DNA from: Macrostomum lignano
Lineage: Eukaryota
DNA: 64,000 bases
Direction: 5' to 3'
Assembly: GCA_002269645.1 (NCBI GenBank)
Contig: NIVC01000945.1
Location: 62,001 to 126,000 of the forward strand
This document shows, piece by piece, positions 49,101-60,582 of the stretch; the first letter of the stretch is position 1; each line of letters starts with the position of its first letter. The translations under genes were made by a program, and so were the position numbers. Under the pieces are notes generated by a model. It worked only from the letters and a program-made list of their open reading frames with translations. It made no database searches and had not been told where the DNA came from.

Positions 49101-52100
49101 GTTAACTACTAATAAGCCGCACAGCACCAACCAAGCTCTGGAGCACATCAACAAGCTAATGCTGAAATTGGATTGCGATGATAGCCAATTGTCTAAAGAG
49201 GATCGTGTCGAACGGATCCTGATGTACACCCACATAGCTTTGACTATTCCAACAGTGTGGGCCTATGTCTGCACTTTGTCCGAACTGAAGGACGAAGCCG
49301 ATTTAGAGAAGGCCTACAATTTTTTGCATCACCTCAGCCAGAACCGGGTCACCGCCGAGGAATGGTCTGAAGCGATTAAGGCCAAGTCAGTGATATTTAA
49401 AGTTGATGGAGACCGCTTGAAGAAGAAGGTAGGTGGCTGTTTGCATTTTCAGGAATCTGTAACTGCCCCATTTCAATCTGTTAACAATGGATATGTGATG
49501 CCAAGATGCTGAGATGTCAAGGCTCGGTGGGGGGATTGCTGAAATGCTGTGGGTCTTAAGGGAATTGCTGAACTGCTGTGGCTCGTAGGGGATTGCTGAA
49601 CTGCTGTGGCTCTTAGGGAATGGCTTAAATGCTGTGGCTCTTAAGGGAATGGCTTAAATGCTGTGGCTCTTAGGGGAATGGCTTAAATGCTGTGGCTCTT
49701 AGGGGAATTGCTGAACTGCTGTGGCTCTTAAGGGAATGGCTTAAATGCTGTGGCTCTTAAGGGAATGGCTTAAATGCTGTGGCTCTTAGGGGAATGGCTT
49801 AAATGCTGTGGCTCTTAGGGGAATTGCTGAACTGCTGTGGCTCGTAGGGGAATTGCTGAACTGCTGTGGCTCGTAGGGGAATTGCTGAACTGCTGTGGCT
49901 CTTAGGGGAATGGCTTAAATGCTGTGGCTCTTAGGGGAATGGCTTAAATGCTGTGGCTCTTAGGGGAATTGCTGAACTGCTGTGGCTCGTAGGGGAATTG
50001 CTGAAATGCTGTGGCTCTTAGGGGATTGCTGAAATGCTGTGGCTCTTAGGGGATTGCTGAACTGCTGTGGCTCGTAGGGGAATTGCTGAAATGCTGTGGC
50101 TCTTAGGGGATTGCTGAAATGCTGTGGCTCTTAGGGGAATTGCTGAACTGCTGTGGCTCATGAAGGAGTGTTGCTGAGATGCCAATGTCAATTGTAAGTT
50201 GTTGATAGGCTTAAGCCAAAGGTAGATTAGAGGGAAAGGGAAAGTTAGGGTTCGGTTAAGCCATGGTTTGAAGGAAGGCTTTGATGCCAAAGCTCACAGA
50301 GGATGCTGATAGCTTAGGCTAGATAGATAGCTTTGAAGACTGCCTACATGTAGTTTGCATTAGTTTCTTCGTTGCCCCCTTCGCTAGTCGGGAGCTAATT
50401 AGAATCTTGGCTTGGCTCTGCTCGTGCATTTAACGCACTTGAGGCCCAACCCCCAAGGCACAGTTAAGTGTACATGTCTAGCGATAAATAAAGTTGGGCC
50501 TGTCGCTGTACACTCCTGTGTGCAGCGTGTGCCTGTGCGTATGACTGCGAACGTATCCGCGCACTTGTGGCAATGCCTCTCACCGGCTGTGTGACACAAT
50601 TTTAGATTGTGTATCATGTTGCGGAGTTGAATAATGACCAAAGCATGAGTACAAGGGATGGGGTGGGTGCACTGATTGGTCACTTAGGCAGAGAGTATGA
50701 TGTACATTGATTACTTGTGGCGAGGGTAGTTAAATTGCCAATCAGATAAGACAATAATAGGCGACTCAGTTTAGTCATGAATTTTAATTAGTTTAGATAA
50801 AGCCATGGTAGTATTTCTATTTGTTCTTATCAGATGGAAAATTCTGCTGTCGGGGTCGCTGAATGGTCTGATAATGGCCGTGTCTGGGTAAAAGTTCTTT
50901 ACAGTGTCTATTAAAGCGTAGGGTGCACCACAGATAGTAAAATAATAATAACTGGATGGGCCACTCAGGCGTATATACTTAGTAAAACAACTTTCTACTT
51001 TCAGTTCAGTAGCAATGAAGAAAACATGAGCTATTTTATAAGAATATGTAGAGATAAGCATCTGAAATGACTTTAATAAGTTTAGAAGCCAACACAAGCT
51101 TGCTAATTGGTTCAGCAATAATGTAAATTAGCCACTGAAATGTACATGGCCGGCAGCTTTAGGCTGGAACAACCGAACAAGATAATAAAAATTAATTGGC
51201 GGGTCAGGGGTAGAAGTTCTGTGCGGAGTTTGAGGGTTTAAGCTGAGGGTGTTAAGGGCCAAGGATATAACAACTGGATTGTCAAAGTACTCCCCACTCC
51301 ACTTAGAGGGTTGAATATGCCTAAAATGTGACTCGCAAAACCCCTGCTTCCAGCTCATTGGCTGCTATTTTTAGCTCACTTGCTATACCGACCTACCTAT
51401 GTACATTGCCTGGTGTTAGAAAACAAGCTAGGACGGGAGGGCTCGCGAGCCGTAGTGGGTAGAGAGATAAATGTAGGTGTGTGTTTGTAAGGTTGTTATA
51501 TATCTTCCTAGTGTATTTGAAACCCTCCAGCCAATGTCAATGAGCATGAAGGAGGGGATTTGCGGGTCAAAATTTAAGCATGCTTTAGCGCCAGTCTGAC
51601 AATCCAGTTGTTGATATACCATCCTTGGTAAGAGCCAACAAACGAGCCTTGTCTTTAAAATTAAATATATGCTTCAGTTTAACTTACTACTGAACTGAAA
51701 GTAGCTTACGCGAAAATATGCTGAGTAGCCCATCTAGTTATTTTAGTACGTGTGGGGTGCACAGAGCCTCCTCACCTGACTGACTCAAAAAATACCATTC
51801 GCTTCCTTTTCTTCAGACCTGCCCGATTCTTCGCATCCAAGGCCGCAACCAGGAGAAGATCAACACCCAATGCGACGACATCAAACAGAAGCCGTCGCAG
51901 CGCTATCGCGTACAGGACAGCCATCAGTTGTCTCAATTGCGCGAGTTTTTCTTCGACTTCTTGCCAACAGAATTGAAGCAGTTGAATGTGCATCCGCCGG
52001 AACAGCTAGTAGTGGATTTCGCTTCGGTTTTGGTTATCTACAGAGATTCTGACAGCTTTGAGCAGGTTAATTCTCTGCTACCTCTGTTGGCCTTTACTAA

Positions 52101-54540
52101 ACTGTGCCTGGGCCCCGATTCAAATGCGGTCGCTAATGCCTCAGATTCCGTTGCTATTGACGATCCAGTCGAAGGCGCCAAGCGTACATGGGAGAGTCGG
52201 CTGACGCGGTGTAACTGCAACCCGCTCAGTCTGTACGCGGTGCCGGGCAAGTGGCAGTCTTATCCGCTGGTGTCCGACGCTCAGTGGGAGCTGAACCAGA
52301 CTGGCACTATTATGTCTACCACTTTTAATGTTAAAGATGTCAGGCAGACTCGGCCTGAGCATCTGCTCAAAGATCTGCCGGCTAATACAGCCGCTAGTAG
52401 TGTTGCTGCACCGACAGTAGCCGCTGCTGCTACTACTGTCAGTAGTACTAGCTCTGCGGCTACAACCGTTAGCACTGCCGCTTTAGAGCCTCTGGTGCTT
52501 GAACCGCCGGCTAGCCTACAGCAGCAGCAACAGCCGCAGCAGCAACAGCCGCAGCAGCAACAGCCGCAGCATGTCTCAGCTGAGCACTACACCGGCTCGC
52601 CAATAATGACACCGGCTGGTGCTCAGGAGACAGCCGCCGCGGTTAACGCTGTGACCAATGCAGTGCAAAGTCTGATGGAGTCTAGTGGATTTGCCTCTTC
52701 GACGCATCATCATCCTTCTCAGACTCAGCAGCAACAGCCACCACCGCCAGCGATGCAGCCTCTGGCTCAGCCGCCTCATCAGCAGCAACAACAACAGCAG
52801 CAGATGGCAGGCGGAAATCCCAGTCGAATTTACGGCAAGCCGCCGCCTCCAACTCCGCAGTCGATGCAGCAGCCGCCGCCTCCGATGCAGCATCATTTGC
52901 CGCCGCAGCCTCCTCAGCCTCCTCAGCCTCCGCAGCCGCCACAGCAACAGCCACAGCAGCCGATGCATCATCCGCCTCCGACTCATCATCACCAGCAGCC
53001 GTCGATGGCGCCACCCAACTATTCGGGAATGCAGCCGCACCAGCCGCAAGGCTACATGACCGGCCCAATGCCGCTTGGCCATAATAATAATAAGCGGCAT
53101 ATTCCGGACCGTCAGAACACTACTAATATGCCGCCTAGATTCCGGCAGGGCGGCTCGATGCATCAGGGAGGTCCGGGCTACCTAGCTGGTATGGACTCCG
53201 ACCAGATGCAGCAGCAGCACCATCCTAATCATCCGTCTATGAGCTCTAATCAGCCTCCGATGCAGCAGCAGCATCCTCAGCAGCCTATGCAGCACCCCAT
53301 GCCTCAGCAGCACCAGCAGCAGCAGCCCCATCACTCTTCCACTGCTGCTGCTGCTTCTCGACCATCGTCTGCTGCTAGTGCTTCGATGCCAATCCAACAA
53401 CAGCAGCAGCCGCCGCCGCCGCAGATGCACGGTGCCGGCGGCGGTCGCCACCACGGTCCTCCCGGAAACCCGCCCGGCGGCCCGAATTCCAATCCATCGG
53501 ACACTGGCAACCGGAACTATCCGCCTTCAGCTTCGTCTCGCGGCGGAGGCGGCGGTCCACCGTCTCGGCCAGGCATTGGCAGGGGCGGCCGCGGCGGACC
53601 TTACAGAGGTCGCGGACGCGGAGGTGGCGGCGGCGAGTACGGAGGCTACGGACACGGCGGCGGGCATCACCAGCAGCCGGCTGGTCCGCCAGAGTTTCAC
53701 TTGAAAGAGAACGACTTTCCCGAGATCTCGTCGGACGCGCTGGTCAGCCCTACTGGTCATCCGCATTCGATACAGCAGCAGCACCATCAGTTGGCTCAGC
53801 ATCATCAGCTGCAGTCGGCTCAGCAGCAGCAGCAGCATCCGCAGCAACAGACTCAACAGCATCCAGTCCAGCAGCAGCAGCAGCATCATCAAGTGCAGCA
53901 TTCCGACCCAGCAACCAATCAGCAGATGCAAGCCAGTGTGATTGCATCTGGAGCGGCGTCTTGCGACACCTCCTCGATGCCTGCCGCCGCCGCGCCGCTA
54001 GTGAATGGCTCTGGCAGCAGTCCTGAGCAGCAGCAGCAGCAGCAGCAGCAACCGGCGGCTCCAGTACCCGCTGGCACGTCCTACGCTGCCGCTTTAAAGA
54101 AGTCAGTTCCTCCGCCGCAGTCAGTGCCTGGCAAGCCAGACGGAGTTCAACAATCCAATATTGTTGACGATTCAGCTGCGGCAGTCGGCGCCGCCAGTTC
54201 GCCTTCGTCAAACACAGGCGCAACAGCGCCAGTCGGAGGAGTTCGGCGTGCCGTTGCCAGCGCCGTTGTCGTTGCTTCGGCGTCAACAGCGGCGACAGAC
54301 TCTGGGCTGGGCGAGACCAGCTCGTCAGATCGCGAGTCCGGCTCAGCTGGTGGTGGCGCCTTCGACCAGCAGCAGCAGCAGCACCGGCCCAGTTATCGCG
54401 GCGGCGGCAAGTCGGGCTATCACCAAAGCTATCGAGGCGGCGGCGGCGGCGGCGGCTTTCCGCAGCGGTCCGGCGGAGGTCGCGGCGGCTTCCGCGGCAG
54501 CGGTTCGAGAAACGGCGGCGCCGGCAACAATGCAGCTTAA
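46118..54540 (+). CDS. Q/P/H-rich RNA-binding protein, divergent LARP4-like (about 1264 aa); exons 46118..46231, 48472..49428, 51817..54540
   Basis: Phase-0 joins give one ORF. La-motif-like QLSKE..IPTVW...SELK...FKVDGDRLK followed by an RRM-like segment; motifs FHLKENDFPEI and SYAAALKK resemble LARP4 conserved boxes; RGG tracts. Gene structure is firmer than family assignment. Confidence 0.6.
46390..46800. repeat. Minisatellite, 28-bp unit
   Basis: cacagttgctgggccagcctcccagatc tandem copies. Confidence 0.93.
47545..48200. repeat. Minisatellite, 32-bp unit
   Basis: tgttgctattgacaactgggctgattgggatt tandem copies. Confidence 0.93.
49525..50160. repeat. Minisatellite, 29-30-bp unit
   Basis: ggggaattgctgaactgctgtggctctta tandem copies. 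Confidence 0.93.
50948..51741. mobile_element. MITE family copy 1
   Basis: Inverted ends actggatgggcc..ctactttcagttcagtag / ctactgaactgaaagtag..gcccatctagt; homologous to 61605-62185 in the opposite orientation. Confidence 0.75.
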
Positions 54541-57500
54541 ACTGTGTTTTTGCAATTTGTTTTTTTGTTCTGCGCTCGTTCAATTGTTGATTCAATGAAC
54601 GCATAGTAAAATAGTAGCTTAAAAATGCAGTTTTTGTCCACTCCGCGTTATTGTATATACTTTTCCTAAACAATTTCAATTTCTGTGCCAGTTTAAACAA
54701 ATGAGTCTAATTTGTGAATTCGGTGACCTTCGTGTGTACTCTGATGTGAATCGCTACGATTTTTTTTGTAATTTAACAAGCCGCTTTTATAAGCGCTAAC
54801 CAAAACTTATTTTCTTTCATTTTTGCATTTATTCGATGAAAAATTTCAATTACTTATTAATTAGTTTTCTCTCGCTGGCTCAACAGCCAATCAAACGTAA
54901 GCTGGCTAAATTTTGCCCAGGTGATGCAGATAAGCTCGGTGTGCCAGCTTTATTACTTTGCATTGCTATATGATTATAATTGCATAGTAATTAGCCTATC
55001 TGTATATCTTTATTTCTCCACAGGTACTATTACAATTAGTTTAATCAACAATTTTCATGTACTACTGATGTACTACTGATTTACATAAGTAGCTTAGATT
55101 GCATATATAGTTATTATTATAGTATCTGTGTGGAAGTTTCCATTTAGTTAGTGATAATTTTTGCACTTTAAAACAAGCGTTACCTACTCACTCGATTAAA
55201 AGAGTAATTTCTATTATAATGCTCTTATTAATGCTGCTCATTATTCTTGCTAGTTCAATTTTTTTATTTTCAACAGCGCTATTTGAAGTCTTGAATGTTT
55301 TATAGCTGCACAAGTTTCCGTGTCGCTGTAGGTACAAATGCTTAGTCTTTGTGCTGGCACTTTCTTTTCATTTCTATTTTAATTATTGTTATCTTTTGTT
55401 TCTGCTACTATATTGATTATATTTATACATATTGTTACTAACAATCAGCATTTGTAATATTGGAGTCGCGTTGCTTTGATTATTAATAATTATTATTATC
55501 TTGCTATTTGTCTGCATTACATATGTAAAGCTTCATTTTTGGTTAGTTAGAGCTAGGCACGAACAGCAAAGTAGTGATGCATGAAAAGTTTTTTATCATT
55601 TGAACAAAATATCATTCAATATTGCTGTTCGCGCCTTAGCCATTGAAACTGCGCGTTTGTCTATGTGTTCGGTTTTCCCGTTTATATCGTAGCTCCATGT
55701 CCGTGTGAATTTGTTGTCTTTTGATTAGCTGTTAGCCCGATGACTGCTATTGGACAGATTTGCTTTCATTTTTTTCTTTGCTATCTGTCCACTCGTTTGA
55801 AAACGTTACCGTGACAAGAGTCGCTTAGAGTCATTGCAAGCTACTCACTAGTGACTCTGGTGACGACTGTTGAGTCGCGAGCGCATCGCATAAGCAGTGG
55901 AAGTCGTCCAAGAGTTGTTGTCTTTGCGTTTAGAATTGTCTACTAATTTGAGTAGACTAATTAGAGTCGTTATAAATGCGAAATTCGATTGCAATTCATA
56001 AAGCCACTCAGTAATTCTACAGCGACTCTAGCAGGTCTCAGATACGACTCTGTACGGCTCTGTCTATTTTACCTGTGTTACCTGCAATAACTCTAAGCAA
56101 CTCTGGGGCGATGCAAGATGGGCCCTGAGCTGTAGTAGTAGTGAAAAAATATTTTCTCGAAAAATATCTGCCGCTTAAAAGAATTTATTTTTTTCAAGTC
56201 TTTATTATTATGCTGTTTGTGTTGTTTATCAATTCCGGAAGTTATTTCGTAAACAGATGTCGATTGTCTTCCCACAGCAATATGCGCTGTCTGCTTCTGT
56301 CTATTTGTAGCAACCACTACCCAGCACTAACAATATTTATTCCAGTTTATAAGCTTGTACTTTATTAATTGTAGAACAGTAGTAGTAGTAGGGGTCATTG
56401 GATAATCCCAGTTTTAGTTACTTGAGAATGTAGAAAATTTGTTTTTAAATTGTTGGATTTTTCTGCTCTGTCAAGTTGAATTTTGTTTGCGGCAACGGTT
56501 GAATTAATTTTGCAGAAACAAAAAATACTTTTTTCGGGTGCCTTTTATTTCTGCTTAAGACTTCTCTCTCTTCTTCTCTTGGTCTGTTCCCGTTGAAAAA
56601 AAGAATAAAAAATTAACTTTATAAAAATGATTAGTTAGTATACCTGTTCGTTCTACTTGCATAAAATTGCTTGTAAATATTACTAATTAGGTTATATTAT
56701 TCACATATATGCCTATACTTACAGTCGTATATTGCCTTACTATTTTGTATCGATCAATAATCAGTCGTACTTGTTTATTAATCTATCCAATTATATTATG
56801 TACATTCTGATCGCGCTACTGTTATGTCAATATGAGTAGTATTGTTATATATTCAACTCTAATTACTTTATAGCACCATGTCGAACAGTTCCCACATCCA
56901 GTTTTTTTTCATTTTTCTATTTTCAATCTACGTCGCTACTTAATCATAAAAATTGACACCCTTCTATTTGTAGTGTATACTGATCGTACTACTAATATTA
57001 CTTACTGTTACTAATATCATTATTGTCGAATTTCAAACTAATTTTTTATTGAAATACAATTTTAAAAGTACATGTGATGATGACAAGTATAGAATCGTGT
57101 GCGTCTTCTTTAACTTCTTCTGTTTATCTAAGTTTGTTTTAATTCTCTGTCGTAGTCTTTTCTATCTACTGCTATTAGACAATTTTATGGTATATGAATA
57201 TTGTCAATTTATAAGATTTGATTTGCTTAAACGTAACACCTGATTTTGAAATTAATCTTCGCGTACTGTTATGTATCATTGGTATGTCACAATTTTTTCG
57301 TTGAACGGATGAAATCATCTTTACTTAAAGTTTTAATAAGTTTAACCGACTCGGTGTAAAATTTAATTATTTTTTCTCTCAATTTGTTTTGTTTCTAGAC
57401 AAGCTTTTTTATTGCAAAAAATTCTCTGCTTTATTTTGTGATTGTAGGCTTTGGTTTTGATTTGTGGCTGAAAGTTTTTTGTTTGTTTGTTTGTTTTCTT

Positions 57501-58239
57501 TTCAATCGGGATTTTTGTGCGACATCAGTTTGTCTGTTTTCGAGAAATTTTGCCAACTTAAACTTTTTTTTCTGAAATGTAAATTACGGCTACAACGTGT
57601 TATTGAAACTTTCTTATAATTTTTGCGTCTTCTATAGAGGAAAATTATTTGAAAACTTCGTGTAGACAAAAAATTGATTGTTAAAACAAAATCAATTTCA
57701 AAGTAATATATTTCATAAATGTGTTAGTAGATTGGCTAAGCTAGAAATATATATTTACTATATTCCACTATTTTTAATATTCAGTTTTCTCCTACGTTTA
57801 CGAAACAACTTGTTCGTTTATATAGAAACAGTTTAAGCGCTAATATATTAATGATTAGCTAACAATTTAGTTATACTATTATCGATTTAATATCGTGTAA
57901 CGACAATAATATTTATTTATTTATTTTATTGCATTCAATACACTGAGACAGTTATCAAAATAAATATATAGACACAGACGACGGCAAGTTGCTTTGTTGT
58001 TGAAGTTTATCGCTTTATTCTGGTAGAGCAATGAGATTTAAATATATTATTAATAAATAAAAGAAGAAGAATGAATAATAAAATTTATTAATATATGTTG
58101 CTTTGGTTTCTTTATTTTACTGGTCGCTCTATAAACACTTAAATTTATGTACCAAATAAATTTGGGAATGGACACCTAATATGGCTTTTGCAGCCATATT
58201 TATAAAATGTTAATGAACCCAAGTGGTAATTTTGATTGT

Positions 58240-58435
58240 CTATGGTCGAGTACAGCTGTCCAGTTTATTGGCTTTGTATTGTCTATGGTCGAGTACAGCT
58301 GTCCAGTTTATTGGCTTTGTATTGTCTATGGTCGAGTACAGCTGTCCAGTTTATTGGCTTTGTATTGTCTATGGTCGAGTACAGCTGTCCAGTTTATTGG
58401 CTTTGTATTGTCTATGGTCGAGTACAGCTGTCCAT
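58240..58435. repeat. 43-bp tandem repeat, about 4.5 copies
   Basis: Direct reading. Confidence 0.92.
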
Positions 58436-59231
58436 TTGATTAGCTTTATTGCCTGTCGATAACATTGCTTCAGCTAATAGGATCTTCACGCAATAAATAG
58501 GCTTAATTACTGAAGGCAAAAAGCAATAGTTGAAAAGCGCGTTTAAAATGAAACAAATTTAGGTAATTTTACAGCCGTTGAATGAGTTAAAAATAGTTAT
58601 AAAAATACTTACTTTCAAATAATTGAAGCAGTGCGGTGCGCAAGAGCTATGACAAGATTTTGCATAGAGAATACAAATAGATCGTTTTTAGATTACTTAA
58701 AGTATTGTTCGTACAATAATGTCTGTCTTGTTAGCATGGTGTTATGTTAATAAAAAAATGAAAATAGTTTTTAAGGGCTTCACACAAGAGGGACTCCTTT
58801 GCTAAATTTTGTAATCGCAGCTGTTTGCCAATCTCTGTTCTCTCGTCTCTGTTACATACTATCTATGGAGCAAGTGATTTTTATAGCTACCTATAAAGTA
58901 CATTAGTCGTATGAGGTGAATATTTCCTCGAAAACTTAATTTTTTCTTAAATTTCTACTCTAAGTAGCTTACATGATTTAAATAAATTGATGTTATTAAA
59001 CTTTGAGCTAGTCTTGAGAGAGACTTCGAGAGTCTGCCAGTGCATACATGGATTTCTATGTTGAGTCGTGCACATTCCGCTAAGCCCTGGGCGGATTCGA
59101 ACCCGGTGTCTTCGTTGCCGCCTGCCTCAAGCGCTGAGCTACTCTCTACCCCCATCCAGCCCATGCACTTTCGTGTACATCACAAGTCCACGATGCACTT
59201 CGAGACTATGTATCGATGCATTGAGTCCGTC

Positions 59232-59665
59232 TTAAGACACAACGCAGTGCCGACCACCGTGATGCCTTCTCTGTTGTTGTTGCAGCTGCATCTGGTGCTG
59301 ATACTGTCTTGATCGAAACCTGGCCCTCAGTGAACTCTGGCTGCCGGCGCCGCCACCCGGACCCGCGCTTCCGCCGCCAATCAGAACCGGCCCGACTCCA
59401 ACTAAAAGTACACCGCCAATTGAAGCCGACAGAGAACTTCCCCCTGCTACTGGCCTGCTTCTTTTCTGCTGCTGTTTTTGATGCTTTTGTTGTTGTTGCT
59501 GCTGCTGCTGCTGCCTCTCGCACCGGACACCCTCTTGTGCTTGCCCACACCGTCAGCTGCCAGCTGAACATCCGGGCGGTTGACTGACGATGTCCAGCGT
59601 TGGGTTAGGCTTGCTGCTACCTTGAACTGTTGCCGTTTCAGTTGAGGGGTTCACTTGTGACTTTG
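59232..59665 (-). CDS. Putative terminal exon of the Kv-beta gene, with in-frame TGA (59553-59555) and a 106-codon extension
   Basis: Donor A|GTGAGT (60583) plus acceptor tttacag|C (59665) gives 36 codons, TGA, then an open polyQ/Gly frame to TAA at 59232-59234. The acceptor choice is uncertain. Confidence 0.5.
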
Positions 59666-59729
59666 CTGTAAAGTGTGGCTCCTCTCGAGCTCCTCCGCCT
59701 GAGTCTTCATTCTATCTGTGTACCTAACT

Positions 59730-60430
59730 CCCCGTCTCCCCCTCATCCCCACTCAGTCTCCCCCCATTCCCACTTAGTCTCCTCTCATCTCCACTCAGTC
59801 TTCCCTCATTCCCACTCAGTCTAATCTCATCCCCGCTCAGTCTCCTTTCTTCCCCACTCAGTCTCGCTCAGTCTCCTTTCTTACCCCATTCAATCTCCCT
59901 TCATTCCCACTCAGTCTCCCCTTATCTCCTCACTCAGTCTCCCCTCATCCCCCACTCAGTCTCCCCTCATCCCCCACTCAGTCTCCTCTCATTCCCACTC
60001 AGTCTCCCCTTATCTCCACTCAGTTTCCTCTCATCCCCACTCAGTCTCCTTTCCCCCTCAGTCTCCTCTCATCTCCACTCAGTCTCCTTCTTTCCCCACT
60101 CCGTCTCCGTCAATCCTCACTCAGTCTCCTTTCTTCCCCACTCAGTCTCCCCTCATCCACACTCAGTCTCCCCTCATCCACACTCAGTCTCCCCTCATCC
60201 ACACTCAGTCTCCCCTCATCCCCACTCAGTCTCCCCTCGTCCCCACTCAGTCTCCCCTCATCCCCACTCAGTCTCCCCTCGTCCCCACTCAGTCTCCCCT
60301 CATCCCCACTCAGTCTCCCCCCATTCCCACTCAGTCTCCCCCCATTCCCACTCAGTCTCCCCCTCATCCCCACTCAGTCTCCCCTCATCCCCACTCAGTC
60401 TCCTCTTATCCCCACTCAGTCTCCCCTCTC
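59730..60430. repeat. Minisatellite, about 21-22-bp unit (ccccactcagtctcccctcat)
   Basis: Tandem copies. Confidence 0.93.
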
Positions 60431-60582
60431 ACCATGTCGCATCTGACTTGATCTTTAATTTTTTGTTTTTCTAAATCTCATATTTTACAGCATCTTTCAA
60501 ACTCTAGTTCTCATCTCGGATCTCCGCCATCACCGCTCAACTCCACTTACACTTATCCAATCCCAATCTCTGGTCAACTCAC

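Noticed and set aside
59553-59555. Selenocysteine reading of the in-frame TGA
   Set aside because: No redox-motif context, and I could not find a canonical SECIS downstream. A SECISearch run would settle it.
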